Of a stretch of DNA of 64,000 nt, positions 13,825 to 23,900 are shown piece after piece. Under the pieces are notes generated by a model. It had not been told where the DNA came from and made no database searches. It saw only the letters and a list, made by a program, of their open reading frames with translations. Positions within the stretch are counted from its first letter, which is position 1. Each line of letters opens with the position of its first letter. This DNA comes from Stegostoma tigrinum (Eukaryota): the NCBI RefSeq assembly GCF_030684315.1, contig NC_081396.1, forward strand, positions 2,914,001-2,978,000, read 5' to 3'. The position numbers were made by a program, and so were the translations under genes.

Positions 13825-14715
13825 ATATAAGGTTGGTGGAGTTGTGCATAGTGACGACGGATGCTGTAGTTTGCAGAGAGACATAGATAAGCTGCAGAGC
13901 TGGGCCGAGAGGTGGCAAATGGAGTTTAATGCAGACAAGTGTGAGGTGATGCACTTTGGTAGGAGTAACCAGAAGGCAAAGTACAGGGCTAATGGTAAGA
14001 TTCTTAGCAGTGTAGATGAGCAGAGAGATCTCGGTGTCCATGTACACAGATCCTTGAAAGTTGCCACCCAGGTTGACAGGGCTGTTAAGAAGGCGTATAG
14101 TGTTTTAGCTTTTATTAATAGCGGGATCGAGTTCCGGAACCAAGACGTTATGGTGAAGCTGTACAAAACTCTGGTGCGGCCACACTTGGAGCATTGTGTA
14201 CAGTTCTGGTCACCGCATTATAAGAAGGATGTGGAAGCTTTGGAAAGGTTGCAGAGGAGATTTACTAGGATGTTGCCTGGTATGGAGGGAAGGTCTTACG
14301 AGGAAAGGCTGAGGGGCTTGAGGCTGTTTTCATTCGAGAGAAGAAGGTTGAGAGGTGACTTAATTGAAACATATAAAATAATCAGAGGGTTAGATAGGGT
14401 GGATAGGGAGAGCCTTTTTCCTAGGATGGTGACGGCGAGCACGAGGAGACATAGCTTTAAGTTGAGGGGTGAAAGATATAGGGTAGATGTCAGAGGTAGT
14501 TTCTTTACTCAGAGAGTAGTAAAGGAATGGAATGCTTTGCCTGCAACGGTCGTAGATTTGCCAACTTTAGGTACATTTAAGTCGTCATTGGACAAGCATA
14601 TGGACGTACATGGAATAGTGTAGGTTAGATGGGCTTGAGATCGGTATGACAGGTCGGCGCAACATCGAGGGCCGAAGGGCCTGTACTGTGCTGTAATGTT
14701 CTATGTTCTATGTTC
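13825..14715 (+). mobile_element. Young 5'-truncated CR1 (HER1-like) LINE with an open RT C-terminus
   Basis: ORF 13754-14623 contains LQRDIDKLQSWAERWQMEFNADKCEVMHFG and RPHLEHCVQFWSP. 3' (TGTTCTA)n tail. Confidence 0.93.
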
Positions 14716-14879
14716 AGATCCGTTCAACACCCACACAATTCTGTACCCCTTACTTTTCATGCAGCCTCATTTGTAACACATTGTGGATATTCTATCGTGA
14801 TCATGATGCATTCCCAATGTATTCATAAATATCCAGAGATGGTAATTGAATCAATCTGCACGTTGGTCTAATTGATCCC

Positions 14880-15292
14880 AGCAAGCCAGGCAATATCTAG
14901 AGGAAAGGAACAATCAACGTTTTGGATATTACCTTTCTTCAGTCCTTGCTGTGTTCATCCAGCCTCTTGTTTTTTTCCCCCCAGATTTCGAGGTGTGGAG
15001 CTGGATGAACACAACAGGCCAAGCAACATCTTGAGATCTGAATAGCTGACGTCTCGGGCCTCGACCCTTCATCAGAAATCGGGGAGAGGGAAGAGAGTTC
15101 TGAAATAAGTAGGGAGAGAGGGGGAACCTTCTCCCTATTTATTTCAGAACCCCCTTCCCCTTTTCTGATGATGGGTCTAGGCCTGAAACGTCAGCTATTC
15201 AGATCTCAAGATGTTGCTTGGCCTGTTGTGTTCATCCAGCTCCACACCTTGTTATCTCGGATTCTCCAGCATCTGCAGTTCTTATTATCTCC
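14880..15292. mobile_element. Penelope-like inverted-repeat insertion(s) with hammerhead-like cores
   Basis: Arms at about 14991-15118 and 15131-15250 are reverse complements. CTGATGA...GAAACGTC core at about 15165-15192, with a mirror copy on the - strand. Confidence 0.75.
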
Positions 15293-15758
15293 TGTCTTTT
15301 CCAAATGGATTCTGACATCTGCAGTTTTGTTTTTGTCTCTAACGTGGGTCTATTGTTGTTTCTATTGCCAATATCGAAATTTAACTTTCCTACAGAGTGA
15401 TTTCTACGTCTGTCATAGCCAGGAAAATTGACTAGTAATGAGACTACAGAGAGACGGCCTTCATGATGCAATTGGTGCATCAGTTAACAGCCAAACAAAA
15501 CTTATTAAAATAAGAAGCCATGGACAACAATAGGGACAGAAACGAAAACAAAACACATCCAGGTGGATTATCATGAACGTCTTTGTTCATCTTTGATTAA
15601 GGGAATACAAATCCTAGCCACATTTGCAAGTTGAAATGCTATCTACTGCTGGAGAGCTTTATGTTGTGTTTTGAGTCACAGTGTCTGCACAGTGACATGG
15701 ACACACCATGGCACCCCAGAACATTTATTAATTAAGTGCAAATTGCACCAAACTGATT

Positions 15759-15848
15759 ACGAAGACAATTCTGTCAAAACCTGCCAGTAGCTTCAGTATG
15801 AGAGATAATACTGAACCTACTGGCAGGTTTTGACAGAATTGTCTTCGT
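15759..15848. repeat. Near-perfect 90-bp palindrome (41-bp arms, 1 mismatch, 8-nt loop)
   Basis: ACGAAGACAATTCTGTCAAAACCTGCCAGTAG-c-TTCAGTAT / gagagata / ATACTGAA-c-CTACTGGCAGGTTTTGACAGAATTGTCTTCGT. Confidence 0.95.
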
Positions 15849-15880
15849 GGTTCAGTATGATTGGATTTCCATTCCTCCAT

Positions 15881-15913
15881 ATGCAAATAAACCTCACTTT
15901 CCGAATTTATAAG
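15881..15913 (+). promoter_or_regulatory. Ig V promoter: octamer ATGCAAAT (15881-15888) plus TATA-like TTTATAAG (15906-15913)
   Basis: Perfect Oct-1/Oct-2 octamer 17 nt upstream of a TATA-like box and about 120 nt upstream of the leader ATG, the arrangement seen in Ig V promoters. Confidence 0.7.
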
Positions 15914-16004
15914 CGTTGTGCTCAGATGCTCAAGGTTGCTCCGAACAGTTGATGTCGACATCTGCGGTTACTCGGCTCAACGTTTCTATGCCAGTGAAGC
16001 AACA

Positions 16005-16047
16005 ATGATTTTTTTGTGGTTCTCAGTAATGTTAGTCTGTTTATCAA
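16005..16047 (+). CDS. IgNAR: IgNAR leader (signal peptide) exon
   Basis: ATG at 16005 encodes hydrophobic MIFLWFSVMLVCLS plus one A, then donor GTAAGT at 16048 (phase 1). Splicing to 16187 completes the 18-aa leader MIFLWFSVMLVCLSNSFC. Confidence 0.9.
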
Positions 16048-16186
16048 GTAAGTGTTATTTGTTGAAATGTTAATTGAATACAATTGTGTCGAAGCGCCTA
16101 CTTTGTCAAAATTGCTTAAATTTAATTTCTTATGTTTCCAATCAGGTGCATACAGTATTAAAGCTATTTTCTTTCTCTTCACACAG

Positions 16187-16475
16187 ATAGCTTCTGTTTC
16201 AGAGTGGAGCAAACACCTGAAGCCGTTATCAAAGAGATAGGCGAATCGCTGACCATCCAGTGTGTGCTACCTGATAGCTTGTACGGTACATCGTGGTTCC
16301 GGAAAAATCACGGAAACGTAGATTGGGAACGCATAACTATTGGCGGACGATATGTTGAATCAGTAGACAAGGAAGCAAACTCGTTTTCTCTGACAATAAA
16401 TGACCTGAGAGTTGAAGACAGTGCCACGTATTACTGCAAAGCTCAAGCTGACGCATGGTATGGTGGCTGTGTAAA
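16187..16475 (+). CDS. IgNAR: VNAR exon with germline-fused D-like CDR3 sequence
   Basis: Acceptor ctttctcttcacacag. Translates FRVEQTPEAVIKEIGESLTIQCVLPDSLYGTSWFRKNHGNVDWERITIGGRYVESVDKEANSFSLTINDLRVEDSATYYCKAQADAWYGGCV, with VNAR hallmarks (QTP, GESLTI-C, GGRYVES, SFSL, ED-ATYYC, no CDR2). Confidence 0.96.
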
Positions 16476-16503
16476 CACAGTGACTCAAAATACAACATAA
16501 AGC
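16476..16503 (+). other. 12-bp-spacer recombination signal sequence 3' of V
   Basis: Heptamer CACAGTG 16476-16482 (perfect), 12-nt spacer ACTCAAAATACA, nonamer ACATAAAGC 16495-16503 (7/9 match to ACAAAAACC). Confidence 0.92.
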
Positions 16504-16815
16504 TGACGAGTAGTAAATAGCATTTCAACTTGCAAACGTGGCCAGGAATTGTATTCCCTTAATCACAGATGCTGTTGTAAGGAAAATGCAATGATTTCCA
16601 GGTCGGCTTTCATTGTAGCAATTTCCAAATTCCGAAATTTTCGAACATTGGACTTTCATTATCAGTCTGCTAGGAGCTTGCATTGCACACCTTAACTATA
16701 TGGATGGACAAAAACTGAGAAAATTAGGATTTATTTCGCATTTCAAAGTATTTAAAGGATCTTTTTTAATCGGTAAAACTTTAGGATGTTTACTGCAGGA
16801 CTTGCGACTGTTTCA

Positions 16816-16854
16816 TCCTTTTGAGCGGGGCTGATGAGGAGATGACAGACTGTG
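16816..16854 (-). other. 23-bp-spacer recombination signal sequence 5' of J
   Basis: Heptamer GACTGTG 16848-16854 (CACAGTC on the - strand), 23-nt spacer 16825-16847, degenerate nonamer TCCTTTTGA 16816-16824 (TCAAAAGGA on the - strand, 5/9). Confidence 0.8.
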
Positions 16855-16904
16855 CAGCTATTGCTACTATGACGGAGCTGGCACTGTACTGACGGTGTAC
16901 TCTG
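16855..16904 (+). CDS. IgNAR: IgNAR J segment
   Basis: C-AGC-TAT-TGC-TAC-TAT-GAC-GGA-GCT-GGC-ACT-GTA-CTG-ACG-GTG-TAC-TCT-G encodes SYCYYDGAGTVLTVYS (IgNAR-type YDGAGTVLTV). Donor GTAAGT at 16905. Confidence 0.95.
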
Positions 16905-17384
16905 GTAAGTCAACACATTTTAAATTATTTTTAATGTAGCGTTAAACGCATGAAAATTCAGAAGGGCTGTAGATCTTGCTGCGATTACATGGAAAACTAT
17001 CGACAATCCTGCAACCATTTTTACAGATGACCATAATGTTCAGTAAAATTTGTTTTAACATTAGAATATGTTTAAAGTTTTACAACATGCTTTTGTCCCA
17101 GGATAAAGCCAATCGATTTTTATTTTTTTGAAAATATATCTGCAATTGATGAAAAATTCCCATATCATAGTAGAGACTCGTGGAGGTAAAGAGATGCACG
17201 GCACCAGAGAAGGTGTTTTTGCTCCTTCGTGTCAATATAAATCGAAAAACAACCATCTGACTATTCAAATCTCATTTTTCAGAACTTAATAGTTTAACAC
17301 TGAAAATGGAAACGAACGTTTTATAGTTACCACTTAATAGAGCCATGTCTCACGATCACACTGTAATTATGATTCCAACAAGTA

Positions 17385-19995
17385 ATGCAAATCTTGACCA
17401 GGATTTAATTTCCAATTTAGTAAACTGCCACTTTCAAAATCGAAACAATGTCAAATGCTGAAAGACATTAGACAGTCCTGATTTTGTTCCTAAAATTTTA
17501 CACTAGTCGCTGGAAAAAACGAGAATCTATGACTTTTTCCCAAAGAGTCATTCCGCCAATCCCCACCACCCGCACCCTTCATTTTCATGAAAACTGTAGC
17601 TAAGTTTTTTCCCGCTATAAACATAGACTTTGAATCAAATGGTGATCCGATGTCATTTGCAATTTAATAAAATTTGTTCTGTGAACGTCACTGGAAAACA
17701 AATCAGACTGTAGAACATAAAGCAAAACAAGAAAGAAAAGACAGAGTTCTGTTTGAATTCAGGTTGCATGGACGTCAGTCGTCTGACCTCGTCTTTCAGC
17801 TAATTTAAGCAATTGTATGACATCGTAAGAAATAAGTGATACGTTTGATATTTCTTTGGATAGCAGTAGAGAAAGAAAAGGGTTTTTCTTTTGAAACAGT
17901 CTGCGAGAGTAAACTAAATGGTCTCTCCATTTCCTGGAGCTTCCAACCAATATTTTCTATATAAAAAAGTTATTTGAAGACACAGTCCGATAACGTAAGA
18001 TCAGAGATTTGTAAAAACTTGTCGTGTTGCAGTGGAGAACAGGATGTTTCAAAGCAGCTGCTCTTTGAATGCAACTCCGACTGCGCTCACTGTGTGAAGC
18101 ATTCTGCTGACCAGGCGCTGTTTATTTTCTTTCATCAGCTGAAATAAATTTCTACTCCATTGCATTGAAGGCCAGCAGTGTGATGCAAATTGTGCGAGAA
18201 TAATTATTGTGCTGTTGTAATTCCTTGCGGAGATAGAATCGTTAGCAGTTGAAAAAAAAAGGAATCATGCAAAACAAATTGCCTGAACAAAGAGAAACGA
18301 TTGTTACTTTCGGTATATAGTGAGATTATAGAATGTTCGTAAATTAGTTACAACTGGTGGTCTCTAGTTCAAATAATTTCCAACTGCTGTAGCATCATTT
18401 GTGATTCTCTCTTGTTCGCAATGCAGTCATAAAGTTGTCAATTTCATTTGGTTCCTGCATTGCTGTAAGGGTTTACTGCAAAAAAAGTAAACGTGATAGT
18501 CTGAGATGTAGAAGAGGGTCATTTTTAAGCTGCATTTCTATTGGCAACGAAGTCACGAGTAAATGACCTGTGTTTAAAAAGGAATTTGAATATTATTGAC
18601 AATGCTATTTCAGTTAGAGATAATATTCTAGAGCAGATCTGCAAGTAGATTGAGAGTGAAATATTTGTGAAAATAGCCTTTTTTGAGGCAATAATTGGTT
18701 TACTTCCCCTTCATTATATTATTCAATTTTCACTATTTAACATAAATGGATCGTAATTTCATTTTCTAAATGTTCGTTTGTAAGATGGCGCCTCAATTCA
18801 GAATTAGCTCTTTTTTTCAATATTTTCCAATTTATTCAGTCACCTCGTTTTCCAGGCCGCTGGACGAATCCAAGATAGACCTCCTTGCGTTATATTCCAT
18901 TGCCCTTTCAAACTCTGCTTACTTTCGCATTTTTCACTGTAAGATACTTACTTCTTGAAATCTTCCACAAATATTCTGCTTTCAATTGAACGTAGGGCAG
19001 CACTAGAACCAACAAGCCTGTCTCTCGTGGCCAATTATGATGCCATTTTAAACTTATCCCATTGGCTGCACGTGGTCAATATCCCTCTATTCCCTGTCTG
19101 TTCATCTGTCCGTCCAAATGCACCTTGAACATTCCACCATGTCTACTTTTGTCACTTCCCTCGGCAGTGCAACCCAGACACCTGCCAACGTCTGCCTAAA
19201 AAAAAGCCTTGCATATTTCGTTCAGACTGTGTCCATCTCAGCTTAATCCCAACAATATACACTCCTATCCTGTGGAACACAAAACTCCGACTATCCACTT
19301 ATGTCCTCTCATATTTTCATATACATCGATTAGATAGACCCTCACAATCCACCACTCTCGTGAGATCAATCCAGTAACGTGCAAGTTCTCTTTATAGTAT
19401 GTGTGCACCCAACTTATCCAAAGCTTCCATATAATTCCTATAATGCAGCGACCAAAACTGCATGCATTTCGGGCCTCAGAATAGCTTGTTATCTATTATG
19501 TTGCTGCTAAATCGTGTAAAGACCACTCATGACATAGGAGAGTTGTTTCATTAAATTATAATCAGCGGAATAATATATCATTGAATACGATTTGCTCAGT
19601 TTCACTGTTTGAATTTTTGCTGGACTGGAAACGATGACCTTCAACCATGTGTTTCCATTCAGTTGAAATATGGTGATCACGATGCAAAATCCCATATGAT
19701 TGTTGCAATCCTGTATTCGGAAGACAGAATCTTAAACCATGTCTAATGCATAGTGTTTTTCCTCACCTGATACAAGTGGAAGCACATAACTTTGCTTTCT
19801 CATGCACAAAAGATGCAGATCTTTTCTTCATAATTGCTTTCACTGGAAGTCTTACATTTCTCCGTGCACTTTTCTTTTCAAAGTAACATTATTGATTTAC
19901 AGCTGTTATAATTCTAAACTTGAGCAATGACAGTTCAGTAACATTCATTCGACAAACCATGCAATCCAGTAAGCAACAGTGATTTGCATTTGCAT
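17385..19995. promoter_or_regulatory. Candidate J-C intronic enhancer (octamer/E-box cluster)
   Basis: ATGCAAAT at 17385 and 18183, overlapping ATTTGCAT pair at 19982/19988, E-boxes CAGCTG at 18055 and 18136. Confidence 0.4.
18990..19470 (-). mobile_element. Decayed CR1 3' fragment
   Basis: Reversed CR1 3' UTR and ORF2 end (atccctctattccctgtctgttcat; gcagcgaccaaaactgca). Confidence 0.6.
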
Positions 19996-20218
19996 TGTAG
20001 TTAAACCTAATTAAAGATGGCACTTGGAGTGAAGGGAACGCAAGACAGAACAAGCCGGAGGCAAGGGAACTGAGTTCAAATGAGAGGCACTGAGAGGCAA
20101 TTAGCAACCATGAGATTACGACCAAGTGCAAAATACTGTTCTGCCTTATAAGAAACTCAATGGTCCATAAATCACTGCACACGCATCGTGGAAATTATGG
20201 TCATGAAATAATACTTCT

Positions 20219-20900
20219 TTTTAATCATTCATGGAATATTGGCTTCGCTAGCAGGCCAGGAGCTACCCAAACCTGGTTGTCGTTGCGAAGTTAGTGGTGA
20301 GCTGCCTTTGTGAAATGCGCTGAAGTTTGACGCACAATGTTCCTTCGGAGGGGATTTCAAGGATTTTAGCCCAATGACAGTGAAGTAATAGTGATACTTT
20401 TCTCATTCAAGATCGTGGTTAGATTGAATGGGAACTTGCAGGTGGTGGTTTTCTCATGTATCTGCTGTCTTTGCTCTTTTAGGTTGAGTGGTCGTGTGAT
20501 GTTTGGTGAATTTCTGTGGTGACGGGAGCTTATGTTAGTGGATTTAGCGCGAATGAAGCAAGTTGCTTTGCACTGGATGGTGTCAGGCTTCTTGAGTGAT
20601 GTTGAGCAAATGCTCTCATCATGTCATGTAAGGAATATTGTATCACACACATGACTTGTGCCTTGTATACGGTGGACAGGCTTTGGTGAGGCAGGATGTC
20701 ATTCATTTGCCGCATTATGACAATTCCCTGGTCTACAATTTTAGACATTGTATTTATATGGCAAATCCAGTTGAGTTTCTGGTCAATGGTAACCCTAGGA
20801 TCCAGTTATAGCAACACCATTGAATGACAAGCAGTGGTTGTTACATTGTGTCTTATTGGAGAATGCCATTACGTCGCATTTGTGTGGCACACATATTTCT
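20219..20900 (-). mobile_element. Decayed LINE 3' end (probably the same family as 3.0-5.2 kb)
   Basis: - strand ORF contains LPHQSLSTVYKAQV. The tail ...tattccatgaatgattaaaaaa is shared with the Deu SINE at 40.7 kb. Confidence 0.7.
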
Positions 20901-23900
20901 TGGGGAATTCAGTTGTGGATAGTATCAGCTGCTTCACATGACAAAAGCGAACCTGGAAGATTTTCGCTACTGAAAAGTGCAGATCAAAAAAATCTGTAAT
21001 TCCGTCCAAAGAAAGCACACTTCTGATCTGTGAAAATTTTGCGTGCCAGAGTTACTGGGCAGAAATATGCGTAGAACCAGTCATAGTTTTTATTGCAACC
21101 CTAAATGCGTGGCTAAATCTAACATTTACAATTTGCTTTGATATTGTGGTACAGCTAATGTGTTCAGAGTCTGATTACCTGCGGCTGTTTATGTATTTAG
21201 CCTGATTTTTCTATTTTCCCGACTGTATTTGCTCAGTATTTCGCAATTGCTGTTAGATTAAAACGTTGCAATTTTATAAAACGCCCTCAACTGTGATAAG
21301 AGTTAATCACACAGTAACTTATAGAATATACCAATTGGCGTTGAATAACGGCTGATACCTTAATCACTAGACGCATCTTTCTGCGTTTTGTTCTGAAGAG
21401 CCTTGTCGAAATATGTTCTACCTGTATCATATCCTTTATGGTTACAACAATAAGAGCACTACCTTCGACTTTAAGTTCCTAACGGATCGTTATAATGAGG
21501 CCAAGAATCTGAACTATCTAATTGGATTTGGTATTGACCAAGATTAGGTCCAGGTATGATCTAGGTTGGACGATGCTGTCATGGTTAATAAAGTGTATTG
21601 CTCGTATTCAAATGCCAAGCAGAAAGAACCAAACCAAAAGAAGTGCTATAAAACTGATACATTGTACATCTGATACGGTGGCGAGTAGCAGGTGATATAC
21701 AACAGGAAAATTAATGAACAGCACAGATCATGCTGACAACACATTATGCACAAGAATAAGTTTTGAAAAGTTTTAGGAGAGTGTATGAATCAGTTTAATA
21801 TCATTAAAAATGTGGGGATCAGTGTGGAAACATCGACACTGACTAACCTCACTAAGAAGAGATGCTTATGTCAAAAGTGCCAAAATGGAGGAGAGCTTCA
21901 GCATGCAACAGATGCTCTCTCAGCAACCCCTGAAACAAGAAGGAATAGCTAACGCGTGGTCTTTGCCTGGAATGCTACTTATATACGCATCTCATAAGCG
22001 AAGTTGGTATATACAAGACGAAAATGTGATTGCAAGTTGTAGTCGTTATTTTCGATTCACGATATAGGAGAATATTTTACTTACCGTCGGTATATTATTT
22101 AATTCGTCGGAAATAGCCCAGATTTTTGAACTACAAGACTCCTGACAGTTTTACTTACTCCAACTCAGAAAAGACTAAAATTCTAGTCGACATCCGTACA
22201 CCACACACCTCACCTTTTGAAAGATATGTTAAAATGAATATTCAAACAGCACAGATTCATCAAGTAATTAAAATGAAGTAAAACTGCAGAGGCAGTGTTG
22301 AACAGACCAGACAATTATCAAATTAAAATATTGCAAGTGGGAATATTCGGGCAGTAGGTTTACAGATTTCACAGAGTATTAGAGGTAAAGTGTAGCGTGA
22401 AGATAAAGAAATGCACCCTGCAGTATACATTGATTTGTCATTTTAAATATGTAATTCATGGATGAGATTAGTACTCAATTACTCCGATAAAGAGTAGTTC
22501 ATATTTGGACGTTGCCACTAACTGGAGTGTTCTGGTAGTAATCAACAGCAATCTTCAAAACTGTGATTTTATTTTCTGAGATTTTATAATGAGAACATTG
22601 TTTTCATTTGTCTGGAAGATGCAAGCAGAGAAAGTTGTTGATAATCAGGATTTCCACTTTGCTTAACGCAGACTGGGGTATTGTAGCGCATAAGTAGAAG
22701 AGTAGGAGAAATATTTTACATGAGCACAAGTGATTTTTATCAGCCCTTATGATTGTAAATTAGTGCAAAGGAAACAAGCTGGACTGAGCTCTGTGAAATA
22801 GTGAGGGACAATGAAATCCTAATTTATGAGGAAGGCATTTGGGGAACAGAGGCAATAGCGTTGTATGCATTTTATCACTGTGTTGCCAAGCAAAAGCACA
22901 ACAGCCTGAAAATATTCAATTGAGATAAACTTCTAAGACATGAGAAAGAACATGAAACCTGTTTGAATACTGGGACAGATTAAATACCGAAGCACATAAC
23001 ATTTTTGAACTCTGAGCAGGCAGTCGAAGCATTAACTCTGCTTGCTCTCTACAGATGCTGCCAAACTTGCTAAGTTTCTCCAGCAGTTTCTTTTTTTATT
23101 TGCAGATTTCCACCATCAGCAGTGCTTTGCTTTATTTTACAATACTGTTCACTGAAAGGACATGTCTAAGTTGCTAAGTAAGTAGTTTTGACTTGTCCTC
23201 ACTTCCAGAGAGTGAGTGTCAAAGCTGCTACAAACAAACAGTATATAAACTGAATAGTACACAATAGGCAAAGATGTGATACCACCAAATGAGGAAATAA
23301 TAGCGAAGATGAACAGGGTAAAGTAGACAAAGATTGAACACTGTCAAATGCTGAAAACGGCTAGAGTCATAAAAGCACGTGTTTGAACAGAAAGTGCCTC
23401 AGGATGCTCAGGGACGTTTGGGTGAAAATAATTCAAATTCTTTAGTTGGGCTTCCAAACAATCTCATAATTGTGTAGGCTTCAGAAACCTGAGGGATTCC
23501 AGATATAATTAAGGTTCGACAGAAATAAAAGATTACAAAAAAAACATTATAAATCTCTTCCCAGAAACACATTAACAAAACTGAAAGCTGTGGCTGCAAC
23601 GACTAATGTATACAGAAACAATAGCCTCTTCTAATGCTGCATCAAATGGTAGCTATTACGCAGCTTTTCAAAATTATGTTTCAGTTTTGATTGCATGATG
23701 GACTGCGTCATGGGGACATGGAAACACGAGTAGGTCATTCAACCTGGAGAGGCTACTCCGCCAATCAGTACAATTACCGCTGATCAAGGGCTTCAATAGC
23801 TTCTAACCATGCCATCCCAATAAACTTGTACGATACGAGAAAACTTAAATTGGTCGATTTCTCACTTAAACAAGCTTAAATGCTGATCTTCCACAGAACT

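Noticed and set aside
13754-14623. 289-aa ORF as a host gene (likewise 55436-56233)
   Set aside because: It is the C-terminal part of CR1 ORF2 read in from flanking DNA, a truncated retrotransposon.
15677-15694. Two CACAGTG heptamers upstream of the promoter
   Set aside because: No nonamer at 12 or 23 nt spacing and no adjacent coding segment.
16204-16500. Stop codon after V, suggesting a pseudogene
   Set aside because: The TAA lies within the RSS nonamer and is removed by V-J recombination.
16686-16716. Near-consensus nonamer ACAAAAACT (16708-16716) between V and J, a possible hidden D RSS
   Set aside because: No heptamer at 12 or 23 nt. The nearest CAC-starting heptamers (CACACCT, CACCTTA) are poor matches with 15- and 13-nt spacers, and there is no matching 5' RSS.
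16187-16904. Alternative identity as NAR-TCR or IgW
   Set aside because: J is followed by five IgNAR-type C domains with a secretory tail. I found no supporting TCR-delta V or C exon.
18088-18094. CACTGTG in the J-C intron as a second J RSS
   Set aside because: No nonamer, no J motif and no splice donor follow.
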